The notes: generated from the sequence alone by a model not told the origin. Positions 1 to 14,293 are shown, numbered from the stretch's first letter. The stretch: DNA of 64,000 bases from Acidobacteriota bacterium (GCA_050257975.1 JBLMXY010000001.1:15125-79124), one strand, 5' to 3'. Program-made: numbers and translations.

Positions 1-434
1 TCGCCGGCCGGCTCGCCGCCGGCGTGATCCCGGGCGGAGCCGGTCCGCGGCACTTCGGGCCGCCCAGGCTCGCGCGAATCGCGCGGGCGCTGGACCTGAC
101 CGCGGATCAGACCTCTCGGATCAAGGGAATCCTGAGGTCCCACGCTCCCGAGATCGAGAGCCAGATGCGATCGGGCAGCGACGCGCGCCGCGGCCTGCGC
201 GACGCGATCCTCGCGGATCCGATCGACGAGACCGCGATCCGGGCGAAGGCCGCGGATCTGGCCCGGGTCGAAGGCGACGGCGCGGTTCTCTTCGCGCGGA
301 TCCGGGCCGAGATCTTCCCGATCCTGACGGACGAGCAGAAACAGAAGATCGAGCGATTCCACCAGCGGGCGCGCGGCCGCGGGGACCGCGCCGCGAAGGC
401 CTTCGAGCAGTTCCTGAACGACGAGGGCTCCTAG
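1..434 (+). CDS. Spy/CpxP-family periplasmic chaperone/adaptor (5' end outside window)
   Basis: Frame open from window start; two LTxxQ motifs (LTADQ, LTDEQ); upstream of ECF sigma and anti-sigma. Confidence 0.8.
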   Translation, partial: AGRLAAGVIPGGAGPRHFGPPRLARIARALDLTADQTSRIKGILRSHAPEIESQMRSGSDARRGLRDAILADPIDETAIRAKAADLARVEGDGAVLFARIRAEIFPILTDEQKQKIERFHQRARGRGDRAAKAFEQFLNDEGS

Positions 435-1001
435 GTGCCGGAGCTCCGGGCCCGGGGCGCTCCGAGCGCTCCGGAAGCGTCTTCCGGCCCGACGGAGGCC
501 GCCCTCGTCGAGCGGGCCCGCGGAGGGGACGAAGAGGCCTTCGCGCTGCTCGTTCGGGCCGCCGCGCCCATCGCCCTTGCCGCGGCGCGACGGATCACCG
601 ACGACCCGGCGCTCGCCGAGGACGCGGCGCAGGAAGCCTTCCTGCGAGCCTACCGCGCGCTGCCGCGCTACGAGCAGCGCTCCTCCTTCTCGGGATGGGT
701 CCGCACGATCGCCGTCCACGCCGCCATCGACATCGTCCGGCGCAAGCGTCCGGAAAGCCCGATGCTCGATCACCCTGCGCGCGACGGCGGCGAGAAGCGG
801 CAGGAGGACCTGGACCTGCTTCGCCGGGCCCTGGCGGCCCTGTCGCCCGTGGACCGCGAAATTCTGCTGACGCGCGAGCTCGAGGGGCTTCCGGACGAGG
901 CGATTGCCCGGCGGCTCTCGATGACGGTGACGGGCGTGCGGGTGCGAGTCCATCGCGCCCGCCGAAGGCTGCGCAAACGTTTCCAGGAGGAGAGACCATG
1001 A
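435..1001 (+). CDS. ECF RNA polymerase sigma factor
   Basis: AEDAAQEAFLRAY region 2, SFSGW, region 4 VRVRVHRARRRL. Confidence 0.9.
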   Translation: MPELRARGAPSAPEASSGPTEAALVERARGGDEEAFALLVRAAAPIALAAARRITDDPALAEDAAQEAFLRAYRALPRYEQRSSFSGWVRTIAVHAAIDIVRRKRPESPMLDHPARDGGEKRQEDLDLLRRALAALSPVDREILLTRELEGLPDEAIARRLSMTVTGVRVRVHRARRRLRKRFQEERP

Positions 1002-1384
1002 AGGCGATGGATCCCGCGAGCGGCCGATCGGGCTGCGAGGGGCTGACCGGGGAGGCGCTCGAGCGCCACTTCTTTGCCTGCGCCGATTGCCGCGGCCAGA
1101 CGCGTCTTGCGGCGGCCTGGGAGGCGCTGCGCGAGGAGCCCCCGGGCGACGGGACCGATGCGGCGGGGCAGGAGCGCTTCGTCGAGGGAGTGCTCGCCGC
1201 CGTGCGGCGCGATGGGTCGCGGCGCCGGCTGCGGCGGCTATGGCTCGCCGCCGCCGCGGTCCTGCTGTTCTTCTTCGCGGCCGGCGCGAACTTCGCGGAC
1301 CGTGCGGCCGCGCCCCCAAGCCCCGAGGAGGAGTATGCGGGCCTGGCGGCGCCGTCGGCGCTGGAGGGCCTGCTGCCCGAATAG
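998..1384 (+). CDS. Zinc-binding (ZAS) transmembrane anti-sigma factor
   Basis: ATG 998 after AGGAGG, ATGA overlap with sigma stop; HFFACADC (HxxxCxxC) and one TM helix. Confidence 0.8.
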   Translation: MKAMDPASGRSGCEGLTGEALERHFFACADCRGQTRLAAAWEALREEPPGDGTDAAGQERFVEGVLAAVRRDGSRRRLRRLWLAAAAVLLFFFAAGANFADRAAAPPSPEEEYAGLAAPSALEGLLPE

Positions 1385-1414
1385 GGAGCCGCGGGCCCGG
1401 CGTAGACTCTCGCC

Positions 1415-2590
1415 GTGCCGCTCAAGCTCTCGACCGCCGGCGAGTCGCACGGCCCGCGCCTGACGGCGATCCTGGAGGGAATGCCGGCGGGCCTCCGAGT
1501 CGATCCCGCCTTCGTCGACGCCGAGCTCGCTCGCCGCCAGCACGGCTACGGCCGCGGCGGGCGCATGAAGATCGAGAAGGACGCGGCGATCTTCGAGGGA
1601 GGGCTGCGCGGCGGCGTCACGCTCGGCTCCCCGATCGCCATCGCGGTCGAGAACCGCGACTACGCGAACTGGGAGCGCGTCATGGGCCCTCTCGCCGTCG
1701 ACCCCGCGGCGGCGGCCGAGAAGCGCCTCGTGAAGCCCCGTCCCGGGCACGCCGATCTCGCCGGCGGCATGAAATACGGCGCCCGCGATCTGCGCGACGT
1801 CCTGGAGCGCGCTTCGGCCCGCGAGTCCGCGGCCCGTGTCGCGGCCGGAGCGGTCTGCAAGCTTCTGCTCTCGGAGTGCGGCATCGAGGTTCGAAGCGGG
1901 GTGCTCGCCGTTGGCTCGGCCGCCGACACGACGTCGCCGCGCTCCTTCGCCGCCCTGGAAAGAGTCCGGGAGGACTCGCCCCTCCGGGCGCTCGACCCGC
2001 AGGTCGAAGAGCGGATGGTTGCCGAGATCGACGCCGCCCGCCGCGAGGGCGAGACGCTCGGCGGGGCAATTCTCGTCGGCGCGCGGGGCGTGCCGGCCGG
2101 ACTCGGCTCCTACGCGTCGTGGGACCTCAAGCTCGACGGCCGCATCGGACAGGCGCTGCTCTCCGTGCCGGCCGTCAAGGCGGTCGAGTTCGGCAGCGCC
2201 CTCGAGGCCGCCCGCGGGCCCGGCTCGCGGGCCCACGACGAGATCGAGAAGGGGCCGGACGGAAGGCTGCGCCGCCGCACGAACCGCGCGGGAGGCCTGG
2301 AGGCCGGCGTCACCAACGGGGAAGACGTGCTCGCCGTGGCCGTCATGAAACCGATCTCGACGCTCGCGCGGGGGCTCGACTCCGTCGATCTGGAGACGGG
2401 CGAACCCGCGGTCTCGGCTTACGAGAGAAGCGACGTGACGGCCGTCGCCGCATGCGGCGTCATCACGGAGGCGATGCTCGCCTTCGTCCTCGCCGACGCG
2501 CTGCTCGATCTCACGGGAGGAGACCGGCTGGAGGACGTCAAGGCGCGCCTCGCGGCGCACCGCGAGCGCGTCGCCCGCTACCCGCGCTGA
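1415..2590 (+). CDS. aroC: Chorismate synthase
   Basis: TAGESHG, PRPGHADL, ERASARE, RSDV motifs. Confidence 0.97.
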   Translation: MPLKLSTAGESHGPRLTAILEGMPAGLRVDPAFVDAELARRQHGYGRGGRMKIEKDAAIFEGGLRGGVTLGSPIAIAVENRDYANWERVMGPLAVDPAAAAEKRLVKPRPGHADLAGGMKYGARDLRDVLERASARESAARVAAGAVCKLLLSECGIEVRSGVLAVGSAADTTSPRSFAALERVREDSPLRALDPQVEERMVAEIDAARREGETLGGAILVGARGVPAGLGSYASWDLKLDGRIGQALLSVPAVKAVEFGSALEAARGPGSRAHDEIEKGPDGRLRRRTNRAGGLEAGVTNGEDVLAVAVMKPISTLARGLDSVDLETGEPAVSAYERSDVTAVAACGVITEAMLAFVLADALLDLTGGDRLEDVKARLAAHRERVARYPR

Positions 2591-3618
2591 TCCGCCGCAC
2601 GGCCCGCGGCGCGCGGCTGGCGCCCCGGCCCGCGAAGACCGGGAAGCGTTTCGGCCGGCTCGGGCGCCGAGGTCGCCCGCATCTGCTCGAGAGAACGGTG
2701 CTGGGTATCCAGCCGCCGGTCGAGGATCCCGAAGAGGGGGTCCGTCGGGCGAAGCGCCTGCGCCTGCGTCTTCCAGAGCTCGTAATGCAGCCGTGGCGAG
2801 AGCGCCCAGCCGGTCTTCCCGACGGCTCCCAGGCGCTGGCCTCGGCGGACGGAGTCGCCCCGCCGAACGTCGATACGCGCGAGGTGGCCGAAGAGCGTCG
2901 CCGCCCCGGGTCCGTGGTCGACGACCACCAGGTTCCCGAACTGCCACAGGCGGGTCGTCGTTTCCCGCCGCGCCCTGCCCGTGAAGACGACGCGGCCGTC
3001 CGCGGGCGCCACCACGGAAGATCCTTCGGGGGCCGCCAGGTCGAGGCCGCAGAAGAACTCCTGCTCCCCCGTCCACGGCGAGACGCGCGGCCCGAAGAAG
3101 GCGGCCGGCTCGTAGATCGGCGCGGAGAGCGGAACGATCGACGGAGTCCGCGAGGGCAGCTCCGGGTCCTCCGCCTCCCGGGAGGCGAGCAACGCCCGCG
3201 CGCGTTCCAGACCCCGCAGGTACGCCGGCAGCGCCTCGATGAGGCGGTCCGTCTCCGCTCGGGCGAGAACGGCCAGAGCCGGGTCGAGGATCCGCGGCCA
3301 GCGGGAAGAGGGCACGCCGTACAGGAAGGCGATCTTGGACAGCTCGTCCCCGGAGGCTGCCGCGCGCTCGGCGAGCGAGGCGGCTCGGCGCCGCGCCTTC
3401 GCGTCCGCGTCGCGCGCCGCCGCGAGCTGGCGCGCCACGGCCGGCGACTTCGCCTTGCGCTCCGCCACGGCGAGCGCGCTCGGGACCGTCCACCACAGCG
3501 AGATCGCGAGCAAGGCGGCGAGCGCAAGAAGCACGAGGAGGAGCCTCTGGCTCCTCGCGCCGAGAGAGACCGCGGAGACCGTTCCGCGGCCCGAGGCGGG
3601 GTGGTACTGCAGCTCCAC
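2578..3618 (-). CDS. Membrane-anchored M23/LytM-domain protein, degenerate active site
   Basis: GTG 3618 after GGAGAG; N-terminal TM and coiled coil; GLDLAAPEG, FGNLVVVDHG, GHL, LHYE M23 motifs. Confidence 0.85.
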   Translation of the reverse strand: MELQYHPASGRGTVSAVSLGARSQRLLLVLLALAALLAISLWWTVPSALAVAERKAKSPAVARQLAAARDADAKARRRAASLAERAAASGDELSKIAFLYGVPSSRWPRILDPALAVLARAETDRLIEALPAYLRGLERARALLASREAEDPELPSRTPSIVPLSAPIYEPAAFFGPRVSPWTGEQEFFCGLDLAAPEGSSVVAPADGRVVFTGRARRETTTRLWQFGNLVVVDHGPGAATLFGHLARIDVRRGDSVRRGQRLGAVGKTGWALSPRLHYELWKTQAQALRPTDPLFGILDRRLDTQHRSLEQMRATSAPEPAETLPGLRGPGRQPRAAGRAADQRG

Positions 3619-3629
3619 GCCTCTCCGGC

Positions 3630-5566
3630 CTACCTTTCGAGAAAGATGGCCCGCAGGCCGAGCTCTCGCGAGTCCGAGCCCGGGATGCCGAGGCGGCTGG
3701 GAACGAAGGACCGCGAGAGGTGGAAGCAGAGCGCCGACGGCTGCGAGCCGCCGGACAGATCGAGGACCACGGCCTTGCCGGGATCGAGGGACCCGCGGTA
3801 CAGGAGCCGTCCGCGATGGCGCGCCTGAATCTCGACCGGCCGCCCGACCGGCGAGAAATGCGCGAGCGCGAGCCGCCGGCGCTCGGCCGGCTCGAGCCAG
3901 AGCGCGAAGTTCTGGCGCGTCCACTGGAAGCCGCCGCCCGGTCCGGGCTCCGGGGGGTAGAGGCCGATCCGCGAGCCGTACCGAAACGCGTCTTCCGGAC
4001 GGGCGGTCGAGAACGCCGCGTAGAGCGCCGCCGCGGCGTAGATCGAAACGCCCGCCCGGAGCCACGGGCGCGGCGGCCAGGATCGGCCGGACTCGGCCGG
4101 CAGGGCGGCGACGGAGGCCATCAAGAAGAAGAAGAGCCCCGTGTCGGGCGCCAGCCAATGCGAGCCCACGAGAAGCGCTCCCAGGAAGGAGAGCGAGGCG
4201 AGCGCGCCCGCGGCGGCAAGGGCATCGCCTGCGACCGACGCGAGGCGGCGCACCGCGTCGCGGGCGAGAGCCGCCGCGAACAGCAGCGTGATCGCCAGCC
4301 CGAGGATCCCGGTCTCGGCGAGCGCCTGAAAGTAGGCGCTGCCCGGATTGTCGCGCATCGGCAGACGCACGCCCATCGCCTTGAGCAGATCGGGCAGCTC
4401 CCAGGAGAAGACTCCCATCCCGCCTCCCTCGAGAGGGTGCTCGCGGAAAAGGCGCCAGGCGGCGCTCCAGAGCACCGGCCGGGCCGAGACGCGCGAGCCG
4501 ATGGAGCGCGAAGGATCGAAAGTCGCGGCGAGGCGGCCGCCGAGCGTTCCGGGCGAGCTCGCGAGGAGCAGCCCCGCGAGCAGGAGGACCGCCAGGGCGG
4601 CGGCCACGAGGCCGATGGCGCGCACGGAAGGCGTCGTGCGGCGCGCGGCCGGAAGAAGCAGGAGGCTGCCTGCCGCCACGAGCAGGCCGCTGCGCGAGCC
4701 CGAAAGCAGAAGGCCCGTCCCGAAGAGCGCGACGCCCGCGATCGCGGCCAGGGGCCCCTTTCGGCCCCAGCAGGCGACGGCGAGGACGAGCGCCATCGCG
4801 CAGAGAAGGCCGAGGGAGTTCGGATCCACCGCTCCTCCGGAGAGCCTTCCGGTGATCTTCCAGAACCTGTGGCGCTCGGGAGGCAGCAGCGCGAGGCGCT
4901 GAAGGATCGCCGCGGCCGCGGAGACCGCCGCGCCGGCGAGCGCCCACCGGATGGCTCCGCGGCGGATCGCGTCTCCCGAACGCCGCATCAGCAGGAAGAA
5001 CCCGCCGCCGGAAGCGAGCGCTCCGAAGGAGAGGAGGCTCTCCCGGATCGCCGTCGATTCGGGCAGGCCCTCTCCGTTGACCGTCCGGCCCGAAAGACCG
5101 TGGAGCAGAGACCAGAGCGTGCGCGCCTGGACGAGAGCGAGCAGCGTCGAGAGCGCCCACAACACGAGCAGCGCCTTGAGGGCCGCGCCGGGACCCGCCG
5201 GGTCGGGCGGCGTCTCGAAGTCGTAGATGAACCGAAAGGTCCAGCCGACCGCGAACCCGGCAAACAGCAGCGTCGGCCAGCCGGCCGGGTCGCCGCCCCC
5301 GCTCGACCGCGCGATCAAACCGGCGCAAGGTAGCAGGAGCGCGAGGAGCCGCGCGCCCCGGCCCCAGCGCTGCGCGGCCGCGAGCGCAAGCAGGACGGAG
5401 AGCAGGAGGACGGGAAGCCGGTCGGGCGCGCCCGGCGGGAACGCGACCGAGAGCGCGAGGGCATAGCCGAACAGGGCGGCGAGAAAGAGGAGGACACGCG
5501 CCGGAGTTCCGGGCGTCCGGCGCTCGGCGGCGAAGCCGGGCCGGTCGACTCGATCCCCCGATTCCT

Positions 5567-5570
<4 letters not shown>
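3630..5570 (-). CDS. O-antigen ligase/Wzy_C-family polytopic membrane protein
   Basis: Many TM helices; DPNSLG, SGSRSG, R..LW..A, HPLEGGG, ETGILG; ATGA overlap with carB stop. Confidence 0.8.
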
Positions 5571-8773
<3,203 letters not shown>

Positions 8774-8881
8774 TCGGGCGAGATTAGGGTTTTTGGGAAG
8801 CGACAAGCAAGAGCTTTCGGCGCCCGGGCGCGGCCCGAGCGCCGGCGGCTCCTCGATCGGAAGCCGCTCTCCCGGCGCCGG

Positions 8882-10690
8882 CTAGCCGCGCGTGACCACG
8901 CGCGTCGAGCGGCCGGTCTCGGCCGAGGCCGGCAGGCGCGCCGGGGCTCCCGCTCCGCAGCGCGCGGTCAGAACCGTCCCGGACCGCCCGAGAGCGAGCA
9001 GGCGACCGCCGCTCCAGACGATGCCGAGCAGGTCGTTCGAGGTTCCCGAGGAAAGGGCGGTCCAGCTCTCGCCGTCGGCGCTCTCGACCCGCGCGCCGGC
9101 TTCCCCGACCGCCACGAGGCTCGAGCCGGTCCAGGCGACGCCGTAGAGCGACTGCGGCACGCCCGCCGATCTCTCGGTCCAGGCGACCCCGTCCGGGCTG
9201 GTGAGGACGGATCCTCCGTCGCCGACGGCGGCGAAGAAGCTTCCCGTCCAGGCCACTCCCGCGAGCGTCCCGCCCGTCTGGCGGTACGCGGCCGTCCAGT
9301 GCTCGCCGTCCGGGCTGGTGAAAATCAGGCGCGCGAGCTCCCCTCCGACCGCAACGTAGAGGGAGCCGTTCCAGACCGCCCCTTTGAGCTCGTTGGCCGT
9401 CACCGTCGCGGTCCGGCTCCAGGCGGCTCCGTCGGCGCTGGTCAAGACCTGCCCGTCGGTTCCGACGGCGAGGAACCGGCCGCCGTCCCAGATCACGTCG
9501 AACAGGACGCCGTCGCCCTCCGGTGTGCGGATCGACCAGGTCAGGCCATCGGGGCTCGTCAGAATCCGGCCGCGCTCTCCCACGGCGACGAACTGCGATC
9601 CGCTCCACACGATGCCGAGCAGCCACGTGCCCACGCCCGAGTCGACGCGGATCCAGTTTTCCCCGTCGGGGCTCACGGCGATCGTTCCGTACACCCCGAC
9701 GGCCACGTACTTGCTTCCGTCCCAGGCGGCGTCGGCCAGGGCCGACCGCAGGCCCGGGAAGCGGCTCGACCAGGCGAGGGCATCCGGGCTCGAGACGACC
9801 GTGCCCTTGGCCCCGACCGCGATCAGCCGCGAGCCGTCGGAGGCCAGCCGCCACAGGTCGCTCGAGGTCGGCGAAGGAACCGGGCTCCAGTTCGCGCCGT
9901 CGTCGCTGCGATAGATGGAGCCCGTGTCGCCCACGGCGACCCAGGAGGACCCCGTCCAGAGCATCGAAGACATCAGGTGGCGGATGTTGGGGGACTCCGC
10001 GGACCAGTGGGCGCCGTCGGCGCTCGTGAGAATGTAGGCGTAGCCCGGGAAGAGGGCGCCCCAGGTGACGAACGCGCGGCCGTTCCACGCAACGGAGAAG
10101 AAGGATCCGGCGCTCCACCCCTCCGCGCCCTCCCAGCGCGCGCCGTCGAGGCTCGACAGGAGGGCGCCGTTCATCCCGACCGCCACGAAGCGGCCGCCTC
10201 CGGAGGAGGCGTCGAGCAGATCCTCGGTGGTCCCCGATGACGCGGCCGACCAGCTGCGGCCGTCGGCCGACGTCAGGATCGCGCCCCCGTCGCCCACGGC
10301 CAGAAGCCGCGAGCCGCTCCAGATCACCCGGTTGAGCCTCGCGCTGCTTCCCGTCGGCTGCTGCGTCCAGATCACGCCGTCCGGGCTGGTCAGCGCCGCG
10401 CCGGCGTCTCCGACCGCGACGAACTGGGATCCGGTCCAGGCGACATCGCGCAGGTCCGACCGCGAGCGCGCGCCGCCCAGCGTCCAGTTCTCTCCGTCCG
10501 GGCTCGTCAGGACCGTGCCGGACGAGCCCACGACGACGAAGCGGCCGTCGCCCCAGACGACACCGCCCAGGCGATTGCCCTGCGGTCTCGGGTTTGCCCA
10601 CTGCCAGTCGCCGCAGTCCTGCCCGAGCAATGGCAGCGCCAGAAGGAAAGCGATCGCCGCAAACGTCAACCGTGCCGACAATCTGGACAT
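8882..10690 (-). CDS. Secreted beta-propeller repeat protein (BNR/Ycf48-like)
   Basis: Signal peptide, then about 14 repeats of L..V.W.G..FVAVG..G.ILTSPDG..W. Confidence 0.85.
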   Translation of the reverse strand: MSRLSARLTFAAIAFLLALPLLGQDCGDWQWANPRPQGNRLGGVVWGDGRFVVVGSSGTVLTSPDGENWTLGGARSRSDLRDVAWTGSQFVAVGDAGAALTSPDGVIWTQQPTGSSARLNRVIWSGSRLLAVGDGGAILTSADGRSWSAASSGTTEDLLDASSGGGRFVAVGMNGALLSSLDGARWEGAEGWSAGSFFSVAWNGRAFVTWGALFPGYAYILTSADGAHWSAESPNIRHLMSSMLWTGSSWVAVGDTGSIYRSDDGANWSPVPSPTSSDLWRLASDGSRLIAVGAKGTVVSSPDALAWSSRFPGLRSALADAAWDGSKYVAVGVYGTIAVSPDGENWIRVDSGVGTWLLGIVWSGSQFVAVGERGRILTSPDGLTWSIRTPEGDGVLFDVIWDGGRFLAVGTDGQVLTSADGAAWSRTATVTANELKGAVWNGSLYVAVGGELARLIFTSPDGEHWTAAYRQTGGTLAGVAWTGSFFAAVGDGGSVLTSPDGVAWTERSAGVPQSLYGVAWTGSSLVAVGEAGARVESADGESWTALSSGTSNDLLGIVWSGGRLLALGRSGTVLTARCGAGAPARLPASAETGRSTRVVTRG

Positions 10691-10780
10691 GTGACCTCCC
10701 GGGACTGGAGCAACGAGTCTAGCCTTCCCGCTTCGATCTGGGAAGCTCCTGTGAAGGAACCTTGAGCCCGGGCTCGGAAC

Positions 10781-12115
10781 TCACTCGTACCGCAGCGCTT
10801 CCGCGATGTCCACGCGCGCGGCGCGCCGGGCGGGCACCCAGGACGCGAGAAGAATCGTGATCCCCGAGAAGATCACGATGACCGCCAGATCGAGCGGGAG
10901 AACCAGGAAAGGGATGTACGACACGAAGTAGATCTCGGCCACCCCGGGAGGAAAGCGCAGAAGACGGAATGCCGTCGCGGCCCAGCACAGCAGGCTCCCG
11001 AAGGCCACGCCCGCGAGCACCCCCGCTCCCCCGAGAGCGGCGCCGAACCACAGGAAGACGCGCGAGAAGAAGCGAGGCGCCGCGCCGAGCGAGGAGAGCA
11101 CGCCGATGTCCCGCTTCTTCTCCTGGACGGTCATGACCAGGGTCGCCACGACGTTGAAGGTCGAGACGGCCACGATCAGACCGATCACGAGGAAGAGCGT
11201 CGTCTGCTGAACCTGGAGCGCGGCGAACAGGCCGGTGTTCATCGAGAGGGTATCGGCGACGGAGAACTTCTCCCCCGCTGCGGCGCGGACGGCCCTAAGC
11301 GCCGAGCCGCGGGCGCTCGAGGCGTCGGGCGCGACCTCGAAGCCGAAGACGTGGCCGGCCCATCGCAAGAGACCGCGAAGAACCGGCCAGAGGCCCGCCT
11401 CGGGGCCGCTCGGAGCTTCGAGCCGGACCTCGATCACGTTGGCGCCGCCGGCCATTCGCGAGAGCGCCCGCAGCGTCTCCCGGTCGCAGAAGACCCACCC
11501 CGCGTCGTACTCGGCGAAGTTGGTCCGGAAGATCCGGGCCACCCGGAAGCGCCCCGTCCGGGGAACGAAGTGGGGCTCGCCCGGAGTGACGTCGGGGACC
11601 GACAGGATGATCGGATCTCCTTCGCGCACGTCGAGCCGCCGCGCGAGCTCCGCCCCGACCGCCGCGCCGGGAGGCTCTCCCGGGCCCGCGCGAAACGCCG
11701 GCCCTGCTCCGGAAAGAGCGCCGGCCATCGAGGGCGAGACCCGCGTCTCGGCGTCCGCGTCGATCCCCTTGACGACCGCGTCGACGCCGTCGGGAGCCGC
11801 GGACGAGGCCGCCAGGCCCGACTGATAGACGACCGGGGCGGTGGCGCGCACCCCCGCGACTCCGGCCAGCCGGCGGCGCAGCGCCTCGATCTCCGCGGGG
11901 GCGGCCGGCGCCAGCGGATAGACGACGACCTCGGCGTTGGCCGCGACCAGCTTGTCGCGGATCTCGGCGCGGTATCCGGTCAGCAGGCCCATCGCCACGA
12001 CCAGCGCCGCCACCCCGAGCCCGATGCCTCCGATCGCGAGCAGCGAGACCGCGGAGACGAGCCTCGAGGGGCGGGAGCGCAGGTACGCCAGCGCGACCTC
12101 GAGCTCGAGCGGCAT
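10781..12115 (-). CDS. LolC/E-family ABC transporter permease
   Basis: N-terminal TM, MacB-like periplasmic domain, C-terminal FtsX-type TMs, PARRAARVDIAEALRYE. Confidence 0.9.
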   Translation of the reverse strand: MPLELEVALAYLRSRPSRLVSAVSLLAIGGIGLGVAALVVAMGLLTGYRAEIRDKLVAANAEVVVYPLAPAAPAEIEALRRRLAGVAGVRATAPVVYQSGLAASSAAPDGVDAVVKGIDADAETRVSPSMAGALSGAGPAFRAGPGEPPGAAVGAELARRLDVREGDPIILSVPDVTPGEPHFVPRTGRFRVARIFRTNFAEYDAGWVFCDRETLRALSRMAGGANVIEVRLEAPSGPEAGLWPVLRGLLRWAGHVFGFEVAPDASSARGSALRAVRAAAGEKFSVADTLSMNTGLFAALQVQQTTLFLVIGLIVAVSTFNVVATLVMTVQEKKRDIGVLSSLGAAPRFFSRVFLWFGAALGGAGVLAGVAFGSLLCWAATAFRLLRFPPGVAEIYFVSYIPFLVLPLDLAVIVIFSGITILLASWVPARRAARVDIAEALRYE

Positions 12116-13218
12116 CAGCCCGTCGCGCCGAGCACCTTGGAGGAGCTCCGCCGCATCGACTCGATGAAGCTCTCGAAGAGCACGTTGGCATCGTGCGGCC
12201 CGGGAGCCGCCTCGGGGTGAAACTGCGCGGCCAGGATCGGGAGCTCCCGATGGCGGAATCCCTCGAGCGTTCCGTCGTTCAGGTTCCGGTGCGTCGCCTC
12301 GACCTCGGGCGGCAGCGTCTCCGGCATCACGGCGAAACCGTGGTTCTGGGAAGTGATCGCGACCGCGCCGGTCGAAAGGTCCGCGACGGGATGGTTCGCT
12401 CCGCGGTGGCCGAACTTCAGCTTGAACGTCCTTGCGCCCAACGCCAGGCCCAGCAGCTGATGCCCCAGGCAAATGCCGAAGATCGGCTTCTTCCCGATCA
12501 GCTTCTCGATCGTCGCGATCGGCCCGGACAGCGCCGCGGGGTCCCCGGGGCCGTTCGAGAGGAAGATCCCGTCCGGGTCGGAGGCCAGGATCCGGTCCGC
12601 CGGGGTCGTGGCGGGAAAGACCGTCACGCGGCAGCCCGAGGCGTTCAGCAGCCGGACGATGTTGCGCTTCATGCCGTAGTCGACTGCGGCGACGTGATAG
12701 CGCGGGCGGGCGACGTCGAAGACGGAGGTCTCGGTGGGCGAGACGGCGAGCGCAAGATCGCTGCCCGTCATCGGCGGCGACGAGAGCACGAGCGCCCGCA
12801 AGTCTTCGGCGTCCGCGATCTCGGTCGACACGCCGGCGCGCATCGCGCCTTCGGTGCGGATCCGCCGGACCAGAGCCCGCGTGTCGAGGCCGTGCAGCCC
12901 CAGGACGCCCGCCCGGTCGAGATACTGCGCGAGGCTCTCCTCCCCTCCCGTTCCGCTCCAGCGCCGGGGGAAATCGCGCGCGATGAAGCCCGCCACGTGC
13001 ACGCGGCCCGACTCCGCCTCGATGTCTCGCACCCCGTAGTTGCCCACGTGGGCGGCGGTCATCACGACGATCTGCCCCGCGTAGGAGGGATCCGTCAGGA
13101 CCTCCTGGTAGCCGGTCATCGCCGTGTTGAAGACGATCTCGCCGAAGGAGGTGCCCGGGCGTCCGATCGCCTCCCCGTGCCAGACACTCCCGTCTTCGAG
13201 GACGAGCAGGCCGTTCAC
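12115..13218 (-). CDS. carA: Carbamoyl-phosphate synthase small subunit
   Basis: [33 protein letters not shown]; GTG overlaps aroF stop. Confidence 0.97.
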   Translation of the reverse strand: MNGLLVLEDGSVWHGEAIGRPGTSFGEIVFNTAMTGYQEVLTDPSYAGQIVVMTAAHVGNYGVRDIEAESGRVHVAGFIARDFPRRWSGTGGEESLAQYLDRAGVLGLHGLDTRALVRRIRTEGAMRAGVSTEIADAEDLRALVLSSPPMTGSDLALAVSPTETSVFDVARPRYHVAAVDYGMKRNIVRLLNASGCRVTVFPATTPADRILASDPDGIFLSNGPGDPAALSGPIATIEKLIGKKPIFGICLGHQLLGLALGARTFKLKFGHRGANHPVADLSTGAVAITSQNHGFAVMPETLPPEVEATHRNLNDGTLEGFRHRELPILAAQFHPEAAPGPHDANVLFESFIESMRRSSSKVLGATG

Positions 13219-14228
13219 GCCGAACGCCCGACGACCGGTGCGAGCTGGCGAAGCTGCGCCATCAGCGCCCCGAACATCTCCGGCAGCAGGGCCTGCGGCC
13301 CGTCCGACAGCGCGAGCTCCGGGTGGTTGTGCACCTCGATGAGCAGGCCGTCCGCTCCCGCCGCGACGCCGGCCAGCGAGAGCGGGAGGACCTTCTGGCG
13401 TTTCCCGGTCCCGTGCGACGGGTCGACCAGGATCGGCAGGTGCGAGATCCGGTGCACGTACGGGATCGCCGAGAGGTCGAGCGTGTTGCGCGTGTGGTCC
13501 ACGAACGTGCGCACGCCTCGCTCGCAGAGCACGACCTCGTAATTGCCCTCGGCCAGCAGGTACTCGGCCGAAAGGAGCAGCTCCTCGATCGTGGCCGACA
13601 TGCCGCGCTTGAGCAGGACGGGCTTTCGCATCCGGCCCAGGCGCTTCAACAGCGAGAAGTTCTGCATGTTGCGCGCGCCGACCTGCAGGCAGTCCGCGTG
13701 CTCGGCGACCAGGTCCACGCTGTCGGTGTCGAGCACCTCGGTGACGATCGGCAGCCCCGTTTCGCGCCGCACCTTCGAGAGGATCATCAGCCCCTCGAGG
13801 CCCAGGCCCTGGAACGAGTAGGGAGAAGTCCGCGGCTTGAACGCTCCGCCGCGATAAAGGGTCGCGCCCGCGTCTTTCACGAGCCGGGCGATCTCGAGGG
13901 CCTGGGTCTCGGACTCGACCGCGCACGGGCCCGCGACGACCGCCAGGCGCGTGCCCCCCACCGGCGCGCCTCCGATCGAGACCACCGTGTTCTCGCGCTT
14001 GGCCTCCCGGGAAACCAGCTTGTAGGGAGCCGAGACCGGGATGACCTCGAGCACGCCCGGAAGGTTCTCGAAAGCCGTCGGCTCGATGGTGCCCCGGTTC
14101 CCCGTGATGCCGATGGCGGTCCGCTGCGCTCCGGGGATCGGGTGCGCCTGCAGGCCAAGCTCGCGGACGGTTTCGACGACGCGGCGAACCTGCTCGGCGG
14201 TCGCGGCCGCGTCCATGACGATGAGCAT
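13215..14228 (-). CDS. aroF: DAHP synthase, class I-beta with N-terminal regulatory domain
   Basis: [38 protein letters not shown]. Confidence 0.95.
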   Translation of the reverse strand: MLIVMDAAATAEQVRRVVETVRELGLQAHPIPGAQRTAIGITGNRGTIEPTAFENLPGVLEVIPVSAPYKLVSREAKRENTVVSIGGAPVGGTRLAVVAGPCAVESETQALEIARLVKDAGATLYRGGAFKPRTSPYSFQGLGLEGLMILSKVRRETGLPIVTEVLDTDSVDLVAEHADCLQVGARNMQNFSLLKRLGRMRKPVLLKRGMSATIEELLLSAEYLLAEGNYEVVLCERGVRTFVDHTRNTLDLSAIPYVHRISHLPILVDPSHGTGKRQKVLPLSLAGVAAGADGLLIEVHNHPELALSDGPQALLPEMFGALMAQLRQLAPVVGRSA

Positions 14229-14237
14229 CGAAGTGCT

Positions 14238-14266
14238 ATCATCTGAGGCGTCCGACCAACTGTCAA
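14238..14266 (-). promoter_or_regulatory. Putative sigma70 promoter of aroF-carA-lolE
   Basis: TTGACA-N17-GATGAT on minus strand, 9 nt before the aroF ATG. Confidence 0.55.
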
Positions 14267-14293
14267 ACCCTGTCGGATCGGAGGTTTGCGCGC

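Noticed and set aside
1087-3828. 913-aa plus-strand ORF and similar long ORFs (7037-10240, 32763-35693, 37659-40265, 51652-56526, 56448-59081)
   Set aside because: Arg/Pro/Gly-rich shadow frames overlapping well-supported genes; expected in high-GC DNA
8882-10690. DNA-level repeats as a repeat array or DGR target
   Set aside because: Degenerate ~39-aa propeller blades; no reverse transcriptase or template/variable repeat pair seen
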